DNA of 48,058 bases from an uncultured bacterium (lineage in GTDB: Bacteria > Fidelibacterota > Marinisomatia > Marinisomatales > TCS55), in contig CAYLUE010000005.1 of assembly GCA_964386795.1 (NCBI GenBank), positions 1-48,058 of the forward strand, written 5' to 3'. The notes beneath the pieces were generated by a model. The model did no database searches. It had not been told where the DNA came from and saw nothing but the letters and a program-made list of their open reading frames with translations. Each line of letters begins with the position of its first letter. Position 1 is the first letter of the stretch. The translations under genes were made by a program, and so were the position numbers. Positions 1 through 9,352 of this stretch are shown piece after piece.

Positions 1-1
1 T

Positions 2-745
2 GGAGTTGTTACTGCATCTACCGGTAATCATGGCGCTGCTTGCTCGCTAGCCATGTCTATGTTGGAAATAAAAGGTAAAATCGTTGTGCCGGAGAACGTG
101 CATAAGAATAAGGTTGAAAACATTCTTAATCTAGGAGGTGAAGTTGAGTATTATGGCGATGATTGTATTCATGCCGAAGAAAGAGCACAGGAGATATCAA
201 AAACTACTGGAGCTACGTATATCTCTCCTTACAACGATGAAGCGATTGTATGCGGCCAGGGCACCATGGGGGTAGAAATCTGGCAAGATCTAAAAGATGT
301 TGAAGCGGTATTTATATCAGTAGGTGGAGGAGGGCTTATTTCGGGTGTAGGTGGTTATCTCAAATCTAATAATAAGTCTATCCAGATGTACGGCGTATCT
401 CCAAAAAATTCTTGTGTTATGTATGAATCTTTGAAGGCAGGAAAACAATTAGACCTACCATCTGAGCCAACTTTATCTGATGGGACGGCCGGTGGAGTTG
501 AATTTGGATCGATGACGTTCAAAATGTGCAAAGAAATTATTGATGATTTTAGCTTGGTTTCTGAAGATGAGATTGCAAAAGGAATTCAAATTGGCGTAGA
601 AAAGCATCATCAGTTGATTGAAGGAGCAGCTGGTACCGCAATTGCCGGATTTATGAATCATAAAGATCAGCTCAAAGGCAAAACAGTTGTCTTGGTTATG
701 TGCGGTGGCAATATTAGTAGCACTATTTTAAAATCAATACTTTAA
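2..745 (+). CDS. PLP-dependent threonine/serine dehydratase-like enzyme (5' end cut by window edge)
   Basis: The frame is open from base 2 (GVVTASTGNHGAACSLA...). The S-x-G-N-H-G motif of fold-type II PLP dehydratases therefore lies upstream of the ORF-track ATG at 53. It also has a GGGGLISG glycine loop and a C-terminal CGGNIS. Confidence 0.8.
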   Translation, partial: GVVTASTGNHGAACSLAMSMLEIKGKIVVPENVHKNKVENILNLGGEVEYYGDDCIHAEERAQEISKTTGATYISPYNDEAIVCGQGTMGVEIWQDLKDVEAVFISVGGGGLISGVGGYLKSNNKSIQMYGVSPKNSCVMYESLKAGKQLDLPSEPTLSDGTAGGVEFGSMTFKMCKEIIDDFSLVSEDEIAKGIQIGVEKHHQLIEGAAGTAIAGFMNHKDQLKGKTVVLVMCGGNISSTILKSIL

Positions 746-1677
746 TGCAGATCATTAGTTTAGAGCGTATTAAATCTATTTTACCAAAAGTGGATCTAAT
801 ATCAGAAATTGAAGCAGGGTTTGCAGCATACTCTAATGGCTTAGTAGTGGTTCCTCCTGTAGGCGAGCTAAGCTTTCAGTCTCCACCTGGTGATGTTCAT
901 ATTAAATATGGATATATAAAAGGAGATGAGATTTATGTGATTAAAATTGCCTCTGGTTTTTACAAAAATACATCAATTGGTCTTCCCGCAGGAAACGGCA
1001 TGATGTTAGTATTCAATCAAAAAACAGGTCAGCCAGTAGCAATATTACAAGACGAATGCTATCTGACGGATATTCGCACAGCGGTTGCTGGTGCAATTAC
1101 TGCAAAATATCTCTCACCTAAAAATGTTGAGTATATTGGTATAGTGGGAACCGGTATACAGGCAAGATTGCAATTGCGCTACCTAAAAGAGATTATTGAT
1201 TGCAATAATGTTATAACTTGGGGTAGAAGCCCAGATTCATTATCAAGTTATAAAGAAGCGATGAGTAGGTATGGATATCAAATCACGACAACAGCCAATA
1301 TCAATGACGTCATTGATCGCTGCCAATTAATTATAACTTGCACACCCAGCGAAGACGCTATAATTGATAAAATTAATCCAGGAACGCATATAACAGCTAT
1401 GGGCTCTGATACTGTATCTAAGCGCGAACTAAGCTCCAATGTATTACTGCAGGCAGATATGGTTGTTACGGATAGTAGGGCACAAAGCAAAGAGCGTGGC
1501 GAGATCTATCAAGCATCAAAAGATGGATTTTCTATAAATGATACTTTAGAGTTAGGTGAAATTATATCAGGCGCCTCTAAAGGCAGGACAGATCAAGAGC
1601 AAATTACAATTGCTGATTTGACAGGCGTTGCAGTGCAAGACATTCAAATATCCAAAGCAATCCTAGAGAACTTATAG
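745..1677 (+). CDS. ornithine cyclodeaminase / mu-crystallin family NAD(P)-dependent enzyme
   Basis: 310 aa with a Rossmann motif (GIVGTGIQARLQL) and family-typical length and layout. The start overlaps the upstream stop (TAATG). Confidence 0.8.
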   Translation: MQIISLERIKSILPKVDLISEIEAGFAAYSNGLVVVPPVGELSFQSPPGDVHIKYGYIKGDEIYVIKIASGFYKNTSIGLPAGNGMMLVFNQKTGQPVAILQDECYLTDIRTAVAGAITAKYLSPKNVEYIGIVGTGIQARLQLRYLKEIIDCNNVITWGRSPDSLSSYKEAMSRYGYQITTTANINDVIDRCQLIITCTPSEDAIIDKINPGTHITAMGSDTVSKRELSSNVLLQADMVVTDSRAQSKERGEIYQASKDGFSINDTLELGEIISGASKGRTDQEQITIADLTGVAVQDIQISKAILENL

Positions 1678-1680
1678 GCC

Positions 1681-2133
1681 ATGACTGAGGCGTCTAAAAA
1701 AGAGCAGATAATATTTTATTCAATTGAAAATGAGAGTTTAAAGAAACTTCATATCTATGAAAGCGGGGTATCCGCGGGATTCCCTTCACCTGCAGATGAT
1801 TACCTTGATGTTGATTTAAATCTTCATAAATATCTCGTCAAGCACCCTGCGGCAACTTTTTTTATCATTGCCAAAGGACATTCGATGGAGCAAGCTGGTA
1901 TTAGTGACAGTGATTTATTAGTTGTTGATAAATCCTTAGAGCCAAAAAACAAAGATATTGTAGTGGCTATTGTTGATGGGGAGTTTACTGTTAAAAGATA
2001 TTTACTGAAGAATGGAAGTATTTGCCTTAAGGCAGAAGGATTATCTAATGATTATCCCGATATTAATATTACAGACTCTGTGGAGTTTGAGGTATGGGGC
2101 GTCGTAACTCACACAATTCACAACAACCGATGA
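1681..2133 (+). CDS. umuD: UmuD-like S24 peptidase (translesion polymerase V accessory subunit)
   Basis: Has the [11 protein letters not shown] self-cleavage (A|G) region, the catalytic Ser in KGHSME and the Lys in TVKRY. There is no HTH domain, so it is UmuD-like rather than LexA. It sits directly upstream of umuC. Confidence 0.85.
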   Translation: MTEASKKEQIIFYSIENESLKKLHIYESGVSAGFPSPADDYLDVDLNLHKYLVKHPAATFFIIAKGHSMEQAGISDSDLLVVDKSLEPKNKDIVVAIVDGEFTVKRYLLKNGSICLKAEGLSNDYPDINITDSVEFEVWGVVTHTIHNNR

Positions 2134-3383
2134 TTGCGCTCGCTGATTGCAATAATTTTTACGCTTCCTGTGAGCGTGTATTTAACCCTGCTTTGAAGAA
2201 TAAACCCGTTATCGTACTATCCAATAATGATGGTTGTGTCATTGCTAGAAGCAATGAAGCAAAGGCGCTTGGGATTAGAATGGGCCAGCCGGTATTCAAG
2301 GCCAGAAAACTTATTGAGCAAAATAATGTAAATGTGTTTTCTACAAACTTCGCATTATATGGCGATATGTCAAAACGAGTTATGTCGCTTCTTGATATTT
2401 TATCACCAGAGATTGAAGTTTATAGCATCGATGAAGCTTTTATGGATTTTTCTGGAATTGAAAATTATTTTAAGCTTGGATCGCAGATGCGTGATACGGT
2501 AGTTAAGCATACCGGGATTCCTATTTCTATTGGTATTGCTAAAACTAAAACCCTCGCTAAAGTAGCCAATCATTTTGCTAAGCGCTATGCTAAAGGTGTT
2601 TATATATTGAGTCGTAAAAATCAAATTGAAGATATACTAAAATCAATGCCGATATCAAAGGTATGGGGTATAGGGTCAAGATATGCAACAATGCTAGATA
2701 GCTACGGAGTGAAGAGTGCTTATGATTTTATTGGATTAGATGAAAACTGGGTTTTAAATAAAATGACAATTATGGGCCTAAAAATACAGCACGAACTAAA
2801 AGGGAAACCATGCATTTCAATTGATACAAATCCCTCGCCAAAGAAAAATATATGCACTTCCAGATCATTTGGCATTGATGTAACGCGTTTCCAATTACTC
2901 AAAGAATCTATTGCTGCACATGCGGTAAGGTGCGCTGAAAAATTAAGGCAGGAAAAAGGTTGCGCGCGGTATGTGAGCGTTATTATTAATACAAACCCAT
3001 TTAGCGCATCAGATGATTATTACCATGGATACAAGTCTAGTAGTTTTGATATTCCTACTAATGACACATTGGATATTGTTAATGCTGCAGAAAATTTGCT
3101 GAAATCTATTTATAAAGAAGGGATGGCATACAAAAAATCAGGAGTTATTGTTGGCGATATTATCCCTCAGAATCAGATCCAAATGAATATATTTGATATT
3201 GATCAAAACAGAATTAAGAGAAAGAATTTGAATAATGTAGTAGATTTTATTAATCAGGCGATGGGCAGGAGCACTATTCATATTGGTTCGCAAGGGATGA
3301 CTAGCAGATGGCAATTAAAACAAGAAAGACTTTCTCCATGCTATACAACAAAATGGGATGACTTACTTAGGATTGAATGTTAA
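2130..3383 (+). CDS. umuC: Y-family DNA polymerase UmuC
   Basis: The N-terminus [18 protein letters not shown] is the canonical UmuC/DinB start, followed by SIDEAF and a C-terminal [10 protein letters not shown] moved the start to the ATG at 2130, which gives an ATGA overlap with the umuD stop, instead of the track start at 2094. Confidence 0.9.
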   Translation: MIALADCNNFYASCERVFNPALKNKPVIVLSNNDGCVIARSNEAKALGIRMGQPVFKARKLIEQNNVNVFSTNFALYGDMSKRVMSLLDILSPEIEVYSIDEAFMDFSGIENYFKLGSQMRDTVVKHTGIPISIGIAKTKTLAKVANHFAKRYAKGVYILSRKNQIEDILKSMPISKVWGIGSRYATMLDSYGVKSAYDFIGLDENWVLNKMTIMGLKIQHELKGKPCISIDTNPSPKKNICTSRSFGIDVTRFQLLKESIAAHAVRCAEKLRQEKGCARYVSVIINTNPFSASDDYYHGYKSSSFDIPTNDTLDIVNAAENLLKSIYKEGMAYKKSGVIVGDIIPQNQIQMNIFDIDQNRIKRKNLNNVVDFINQAMGRSTIHIGSQGMTSRWQLKQERLSPCYTTKWDDLLRIEC

Positions 3384-3451
3384 AGATTTGTATTGAGCTG
3401 TTTTGAGAAAAAAAATTGAACTAATTTATCGTATCAACTAGAGGTGCAAGA

Positions 3452-4048
3452 ATGCAGTATATAAAAAATATTTTAATGGCCACTTTATTATTCACGCTTT
3501 CATTTGCAGGGGACCTTCCATTGGGATCAAGCATCCCCCTGGCATCTATCAAGATGGAAGATATCAATGGTAACAAGGTTAGCTTGTCTGATGTTATGAT
3601 GGAAAATGGACTGCTTGTCAATTTCACATGCAATACATGCCCTTGGGTTGTTAGGTGGCAGGATAGATACAATGATTTAGCTAAAGCCAGCCAATTAAAT
3701 AAAATAGGATTTATTGCTATTAACCCTAATGCAGGTAAGCGCGATGGGGGAGAAGACATGGATGATATGAAGCGTTTTACCAAAAAATATGGACACGATT
3801 TTTTATATGCCCTTGATGAAGGGGCGAAGCTTGCAACAGCATTTGGGGCACGCTATACCCCACATATCTATTTATTTGACGGAAACGGAAAGCTTGTTTA
3901 CCGGGGAGCAATTGATGATAATGCACCAAATAGAAAAAAAGTCAAAGAACACTATCTAATGGATGCGATTACAGCGATTGGCAATGGAAAGTCAATCGAT
4001 CTAGCTGAAACCAAAGCATTTGGCTGCAGCATTAAGTTTCCAAAATAA
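3452..4048 (+). CDS. secreted thioredoxin-fold (redoxin/AhpC-TSA-like) protein
   Basis: Has a signal peptide, the FTCNTCPW (CxxC) active-site region, YTPHIYLFDGNGKLVYRGAIDDN and a C-terminal FGCSIKF. Confidence 0.75.
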   Translation: MQYIKNILMATLLFTLSFAGDLPLGSSIPLASIKMEDINGNKVSLSDVMMENGLLVNFTCNTCPWVVRWQDRYNDLAKASQLNKIGFIAINPNAGKRDGGEDMDDMKRFTKKYGHDFLYALDEGAKLATAFGARYTPHIYLFDGNGKLVYRGAIDDNAPNRKKVKEHYLMDAITAIGNGKSIDLAETKAFGCSIKFPK

Positions 4049-4084
4049 CATTTATCTAAAATCCATAGCCAACTGCGATAATTG

Positions 4085-5110
4085 ATGAAAGAGCTATTAT
4101 TTTATATGGTTTTGGGTCACTCAATAGTTTTTAGTCAGCTATTCAACAAAAAGAATATTTCGATAAGCGCACTGAGCGATCTAAGCATATCATCACAAGA
4201 TTCTTCTTTTCGATCGCACGGATTGGAGTTGGTGTTGATGGGTAATATTCAACCAAATGCTATGGTTATGGCGTATGTAACAAATCACTTTGCAGGTGGA
4301 GGAGCAAGCGTTGAGGAGGTATACATCGATTTTAAAAAACCTTCAAGATTTACTTCAAATATCAAACTTGGCTATTTTCGTCCAAATTTTGGAATAATTA
4401 ATAAACAGCATGAGCACACTTATAATTTTATGTCTGCCCCAAAATCTATAACTAATTTATTTGGAATGCATGGCTGGTCAACTCTAGGTATTTCTACAAT
4501 AAGCAATCTTCCTTTAGCGTGGGAAAATTATTTTAGTATTAATATTTTGCAGAATAGCATTGGGGAAGTGTCAAATTATAGTGGCCACCAACATGAACCT
4601 GCAAACATTGAGAGCGACTCTACAATAGGTTTTTCATTTGCTTATAGATTTAATCAGGAATTTGCAATTAATAAGTCTTCAAAATTTGCTTTAGGGTTAA
4701 ATATGCTTAACGGCAGAGAGAAGGAATCCATAGGTTTTGATTTACAAATGAAAAACCAATCAAAACAATATCGATCATTTTTGATTCAAATGGAATATTA
4801 TTCTAGTAAAATCTATTCCGATCATCTTGGAATAAGTTACCATCCAGATGAAGAGCTTGCATCAGCTTATATTATCGCTGGAAGGCAGTTTAACAAAAAA
4901 TACCATCTAGGAATAATTGCAGATCATTGGTCATATAGATTGAAGGATCAAGAGTCAAGTTCTTATGGGATATATGGAGCTTTTGCCCCATTTGATGATA
5001 GTATAGCCTTTCGGTTTAAATTATTAAATGAGTCTGGTTTGAATAATAATAGCTATGTAGTTTTAAGCGCTGTTTGGGCGATAGGACCGCATAAACCGCA
5101 GCGTTATTAA
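4085..5110 (+). CDS. hypothetical outer-membrane beta-barrel-like protein
   Basis: Short N-terminal hydrophobic leader, alternating hydrophobic/aromatic beta-strand-like segments, and a terminal aromatic residue (..QRY). No family recognised. The ATG at 4085 is preferred over the TTG at 4082. Confidence 0.55.
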   Translation: MKELLFYMVLGHSIVFSQLFNKKNISISALSDLSISSQDSSFRSHGLELVLMGNIQPNAMVMAYVTNHFAGGGASVEEVYIDFKKPSRFTSNIKLGYFRPNFGIINKQHEHTYNFMSAPKSITNLFGMHGWSTLGISTISNLPLAWENYFSINILQNSIGEVSNYSGHQHEPANIESDSTIGFSFAYRFNQEFAINKSSKFALGLNMLNGREKESIGFDLQMKNQSKQYRSFLIQMEYYSSKIYSDHLGISYHPDEELASAYIIAGRQFNKKYHLGIIADHWSYRLKDQESSSYGIYGAFAPFDDSIAFRFKLLNESGLNNNSYVVLSAVWAIGPHKPQRY

Positions 5111-5128
5111 ATTTATTATTAGCATAGT

Positions 5129-5458
5129 ATGAAAAAATTGATTATTAGTTTATTGTCTGTTGTTTGCATAAGCTGTAGCTATGATAAAAGAACAGCCGAT
5201 CTTGTATTAGAGTCAATGCAATGCTTAATGTGCTCAGTTAACGTTGAAAAATCACTTCTTGAGCTCAAAGGAGTTAAGAAAATTACAGTAGATTTAAAAA
5301 ATAAGTCTGGCCAGGTAATTTATAATGCCAATGTTATTGATCTAAACAGCATCGAGAATAAGATTTCTTCTATCGGGTACAGTGTTAATGATAAATTAGC
5401 TAACCAAGAGGCATATGAAAAGCTTGAAATTTGCTGCAAAAAACCTAAAGAAAATTAA
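5129..5458 (+). CDS. heavy-metal-associated (HMA) domain lipoprotein
   Basis: Has a lipobox-like LLSVVCISCS, an HMA fold with the metal site SMQCLMC (CxxC), and an extra C-terminal CC pair (EICCKKP). Confidence 0.8.
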   Translation: MKKLIISLLSVVCISCSYDKRTADLVLESMQCLMCSVNVEKSLLELKGVKKITVDLKNKSGQVIYNANVIDLNSIENKISSIGYSVNDKLANQEAYEKLEICCKKPKEN

Positions 5459-5485
5459 ATTAAACTTTTCATAAATTAGCAAGTC

Positions 5486-7318
5486 ATGAACCGTTTATTT
5501 TATATATGGACCATCCGCTTTTGTTTGGCCTTACTTTTTTTAGGTATTGCTCCAGAAATCACATCCAATACGATTCTTGTAGCGCAATCAAAAAAGAAAA
5601 ACCCTGCTCAAGCATCAAAATATGCTAAGCGAGGTAGCGCCAAGGCAAAAAAGAAAGATTTTAGAGGAGCTCTATCCGATTATAAAAAAGCCTACCAGTT
5701 AAATCCGAGCTCAAACTACAAGAAGAAGGTGCAGCAATTAACTGCTTTAGCAAAAAAACAAAGCGGTGGCAAGTCCTCTAAGAAAAAAGTATCAAGCAAG
5801 CAAGCAGCTCAAGCATCAAAATATGCTAAGCGAGGTAGCGGCAAAGCAAAAAAGAAAGATTATGCAGGTGCTTTAAAAGATTTTCAAAAAGCTTTAAGAT
5901 TAAACCCGACCTCATCAAACCAAAAGCGCGTTAAACAATTATCAAGCATATTAAAAAAATCAGGCAAAAGCTCAGCATCACGTAAGCCTACCAAAGCTAG
6001 AATGCCGAAGGTGGCTGATATTCCTACAATTAGTCCTGTAAAATATGCAAATGATATCTATAATATTGCTGAAGCGTTTGAAATGAGCACAAGAAACCTA
6101 GCTCGAGCAACAAATATTTTAGAAAATAAACAGAATAAAAAGATTGAGACAATCAAACTACAGAGAACCCCCACAACGAACGAACTTGAAAGAGCGGCTA
6201 GATCTGAACCAAATGATTTTAGAAAGCAAGTCGATCTTGCAAGAAATTATGAAGCGGTTGGACGCTTTGATGATTCTAAAGAGATATATTTAAAATTAGC
6301 TGCACAGAACCCATTAAATGCCGATGCTCATTTTCATTTGGGTGCCTACTACGCTAGATTTGATCAAATGACAAAAGCCCGCCATGCTTTTGATGAGGCT
6401 CTTGATATTCAACCTAGCCATAGAGCGACGATAGAAGCCATGGCCACTTTTTTTGGACAAAAGGAGAAGCGCTCATTTTCAGATGATATATTAGCCAAGT
6501 CTGCCCAAAAAGATCCTGCTGGTCCAGCGCAGCAAATTAGTAGAATTAGAAAGAGCTTGGATGAATTTAACTATGAATATGCAGCTAGATTAGCTCAAAG
6601 CGGTCAGGATATGTTTCCAAACCACGGAGCATTTATTTTACTTAAAGGCACGGCATTTGAAGGTATGGGCGATATGGCAAATGCCAAATCAAGTTACCAA
6701 GAATCAATCAAAAATGACCCAACACATGATGAGTCGTATGTAGCCCTTGGTGATTTATATTCAAGCCAGGGAAAGCATTTATACGCCGCACTTACCTACA
6801 GCGATGCAATACGCCTTAATCCATCAGATGAGGATGTACGCTTTAAGCAGGGATTGGGTTATTATAAAGCAAGCGAATGGGGTCGCGCAGCTTCTGCTTG
6901 GGAGGATTTGCTTTATTATGATCCAAAAAATGAAATGGTCAATCTATTATTGCCTCAAGCCTACTATATACTAGCTGTGGAGTATAATCGATCAGGGCAA
7001 TCAAGCTTAGGTCAAACTGCATTTCGTAAAGCAATAGCCATTAATAGAAATTCTGCGTCATGGCTTCCTGGTTCAATGAGAACACTGGGCGGATTTTATA
7101 GAGAAAAAGGAATGTATAAGGAATCATTAGCTGCTTATCAAGAAGCAATTGAATTAAAACCTTCTGATTCTCAAACATACCTCGGCTTAGGAATAACTTA
7201 TTGGAAAATGAAAGAAGCAGCACTCGCTAAGGCTGCTTGGTCAAAGTCAATGGAGCTTGACCCAACTAATAATGACGCCAGAGGATGGTTGTTATTATCG
7301 GGTAAAATATCCGGTTGA
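5486..7318 (+). CDS. TPR-repeat protein with N-terminal anchor and duplicated lysine-rich module
   Basis: Multiple TPR-like units (e.g. GDMANAKSSYQESIKNDPTHDESYVALGDLY). The N-terminal third is Lys/Ser-rich and contains an internal duplication. Confidence 0.8.
   Translation: MNRLFYIWTIRFCLALLFLGIAPEITSNTILVAQSKKKNPAQASKYAKRGSAKAKKKDFRGALSDYKKAYQLNPSSNYKKKVQQLTALAKKQSGGKSSKKKVSSKQAAQASKYAKRGSGKAKKKDYAGALKDFQKALRLNPTSSNQKRVKQLSSILKKSGKSSASRKPTKARMPKVADIPTISPVKYANDIYNIAEAFEMSTRNLARATNILENKQNKKIETIKLQRTPTTNELERAARSEPNDFRKQVDLARNYEAVGRFDDSKEIYLKLAAQNPLNADAHFHLGAYYARFDQMTKARHAFDEALDIQPSHRATIEAMATFFGQKEKRSFSDDILAKSAQKDPAGPAQQISRIRKSLDEFNYEYAARLAQSGQDMFPNHGAFILLKGTAFEGMGDMANAKSSYQESIKNDPTHDESYVALGDLYSSQGKHLYAALTYSDAIRLNPSDEDVRFKQGLGYYKASEWGRAASAWEDLLYYDPKNEMVNLLLPQAYYILAVEYNRSGQSSLGQTAFRKAIAINRNSASWLPGSMRTLGGFYREKGMYKESLAAYQEAIELKPSDSQTYLGLGITYWKMKEAALAKAAWSKSMELDPTNNDARGWLLLSGKISG
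5606..5639 (+). repeat. direct repeat copy 1 (34 bp exact, extends imperfectly for about 110 bp)
   Basis: gctcaagcatcaaaatatgctaagcgaggtagcg is identical to 5807-5840. The copies are offset by 201 bp (67 codons, in frame). Confidence 0.95.
5807..5840 (+). repeat. direct repeat copy 2 (34 bp exact)
   Basis: Identical to 5606-5639. Both copies encode AQASKYAKRGS. Confidence 0.95.
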
Positions 7319-7382
7319 ATCCACCGCGCTTATTTATAACAAGAAATCCTCTGTTATTTAACTAGTTATTTCTGGAGTCAAT

Positions 7383-8192
7383 ATGCTTGCTAAGTTATTT
7401 ATTACGCTAGTAAAAATTTCTCCCTCCTTTCAAAAATTAATATGGAAATGGTGGTATCAAAGACTAGGAAAGAGGGCGCATGACAGCGGGTGGACATTTA
7501 TGAATTATGGATATGTACCAGCTAATAAGGAGTTAATCAAAAAGTTAAAGCCTGAAGATGAAAATGATCAAATGTTTATTCAATTATACGATCATGCTGC
7601 ATCGCAGATTCAACTAGAAGGCTTAAGCGTATTAGAAGTTGGGTCTGGAAGGGGTGGCGGAGCATCGTTTATAGCACGATACTATAATCCAAAAAATATG
7701 ACAGGGCTTGATTATTCAGTTTCAGCAACGAAGCTATCAAATAAACTGCACCATAATATATCAAACTTAGATTTTGTGAATGGTGATGCTGAGAACCTTC
7801 CTTTTGATGATGGTACTTTTGATGTAATTATTAATGTTGAATCATCTCATTGCTATGGGAATATGAAATCATTTGTTAATGAAGCTTATCGCGTGCTAAG
7901 GGTTGGTGGTCATTTTAGCTGGGCCGATCTAAGAGGTAAAGATATGATCAAAAACACGGAAACCGTTTTTAAACTTTCACAATTCCAATCTATTCATGAA
8001 AGCGATATAACCTCTGAAGTAATCAATGCATTAGATGTAATTCATGATAAAAAAATGGAAATGATTAAAAATTATGTCCCTAGGTTCTTGCGAACTGCGT
8101 TTATGGATTTTGCTGGAGTTAAAAATTCGCAGATTTATAATTCATTTAAAGATGGAAATGCAGTCTACCTTTCAAAGTTATTTATAAAATAA
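7383..8192 (+). CDS. class I SAM-dependent methyltransferase
   Basis: Motif I VLEVGSGRGGG, then DAENLPFDDGTFDVIINVES and a post-II GGHF segment (Methyltransf_11-like). Confidence 0.85.
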   Translation: MLAKLFITLVKISPSFQKLIWKWWYQRLGKRAHDSGWTFMNYGYVPANKELIKKLKPEDENDQMFIQLYDHAASQIQLEGLSVLEVGSGRGGGASFIARYYNPKNMTGLDYSVSATKLSNKLHHNISNLDFVNGDAENLPFDDGTFDVIINVESSHCYGNMKSFVNEAYRVLRVGGHFSWADLRGKDMIKNTETVFKLSQFQSIHESDITSEVINALDVIHDKKMEMIKNYVPRFLRTAFMDFAGVKNSQIYNSFKDGNAVYLSKLFIK

Positions 8193-8205
8193 TATTGCAT
8201 AATTA

Positions 8206-9324
8206 ATGCGGTTAATTAAGTATAATTTCCTACTAACCTTTTCTTTTACATATCTTTTTTCTCAATACGAAGGTGATCTTATCGTTAGAGAGGGCGTGGA
8301 TGCTTTCTTTAATTATGAATATGAAAAAAGTATTGAAATTCTATCAACAGCTCGGAGTGATCATGCAAATCACCCGGTTGTACACACAGTTTGGGCTGCG
8401 GCTTGGTATCAATATGATCAGTCTCGCTTTGCAGCGAAAACAGTTTACAATAATTTTGAAACCAGATTGGATGAAATAGAACATATTTATGACTCGTTAA
8501 TCACTGTCTATCCAGATAATCCAGATTATTTACTATATTTAGGAACTACTCAATCTTTAAAGGCGAGAATTTACCTTGGGCAGAAAAAGTATGTTTCAAC
8601 ATTTTATGCTGCCTTTAAAGGTTTTAAGACAATTCAGAAGGTCGAAATGAATACAAAAGAAGCAAAGGATGTATATTTGCCAATAGGTATTATAGAGTGG
8701 TATTCTGGATTAAGGAACCCTATCATACAGATTGCGGCTCAAACCCTAGGGGTTAGCCCGTCCCGTTTAAATGGAATTAATAAGATGGAGATTGCTGCAA
8801 CTGAAAGCTCATGGGCTTGGATGGAATCTATGAGTGTTCTTTCTGTAGTATATCAATTTTTCGACCTAGATAAGAAAAGGGGATTATTTGTAAGTCAAAC
8901 GATTGCAGAAAAATATCCAAATAATTATGATTATACGATTTATTATACATTGAGCTTATTGCAGAACGATATGCTAGATCAGGCAAAATCTAATTTGAAT
9001 ATATTAGATAAAAGACTTCCCAGTCAGAGAATTTATCATCAAAAGAGGTATAAGCCGTATCTGTACTATTTATGGGGGTATTATTATTATCTAATAAAAG
9101 ACAATGATCGCGCATTGCAATTTTTAGATTTGTGCATTGATGAGTATGATAGTGATCTAGACTTAATGCTCTCTAGCGCTATTTTATTGAAGGGAAACAT
9201 CTATGATATTCAAAATTATCGTCAGGATGCAAAGCGCGAGTATAGAAGATGTATCAGGTTAAACAATCATACATCTGCAATGGATCTTGCAAAAGAATAT
9301 TTGAATGAACCATTTAAGGGTTAG
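8206..9324 (+). CDS. secreted TPR-like/helical repeat protein, function unknown
   Basis: N-terminal signal-like segment and an Tyr/Leu-rich helical repeat composition. No catalytic motif recognised. Confidence 0.6.
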   Translation: MRLIKYNFLLTFSFTYLFSQYEGDLIVREGVDAFFNYEYEKSIEILSTARSDHANHPVVHTVWAAAWYQYDQSRFAAKTVYNNFETRLDEIEHIYDSLITVYPDNPDYLLYLGTTQSLKARIYLGQKKYVSTFYAAFKGFKTIQKVEMNTKEAKDVYLPIGIIEWYSGLRNPIIQIAAQTLGVSPSRLNGINKMEIAATESSWAWMESMSVLSVVYQFFDLDKKRGLFVSQTIAEKYPNNYDYTIYYTLSLLQNDMLDQAKSNLNILDKRLPSQRIYHQKRYKPYLYYLWGYYYYLIKDNDRALQFLDLCIDEYDSDLDLMLSSAILLKGNIYDIQNYRQDAKREYRRCIRLNNHTSAMDLAKEYLNEPFKG

Positions 9325-9352
9325 TTCGTTGTAATTTTATAGGGGAAATATT

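Noticed and set aside
2-1677. SbnA/SbnB-type 2,3-diaminopropionate synthase pair.
   Set aside because: The PLP enzyme has the dehydratase-type S-x-G-N-H-G motif rather than the CysK/SbnA-type. It is kept only as a less-favoured alternative in the finding.
1560-1680. LexA/SOS operator upstream of umuD.
   Set aside because: No CTGT-N8-ACAG or GAAC-N4-GTTC pattern is present. The lineage-specific LexA motif is unknown to me, so its absence cannot be asserted either.
2094-2129. The longer N-terminal extensions proposed by the ORF track (2094, 10392, 17978, 18787, 35627, 4082).
   Set aside because: Family-typical N-termini, signal peptides or short stop-start overlaps begin at downstream ATGs (2130, 10428, 17990, 18805, 35681, 4085). 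The extensions would overlap upstream genes by 18-60 nt and add non-conserved residues.
7373-7390. Possible sigma-54 -24/-12 promoter (TGGAGTCAATATGCTTGC) before the methyltransferase. I also checked TGGCAT at about 34408 and TTGCAT at about 26440.
   Set aside because: The GG-to-GC spacing does not fit TGGCAC-N5-TTGC. The first candidate overlaps the start codon, and the others lack one of the two elements.
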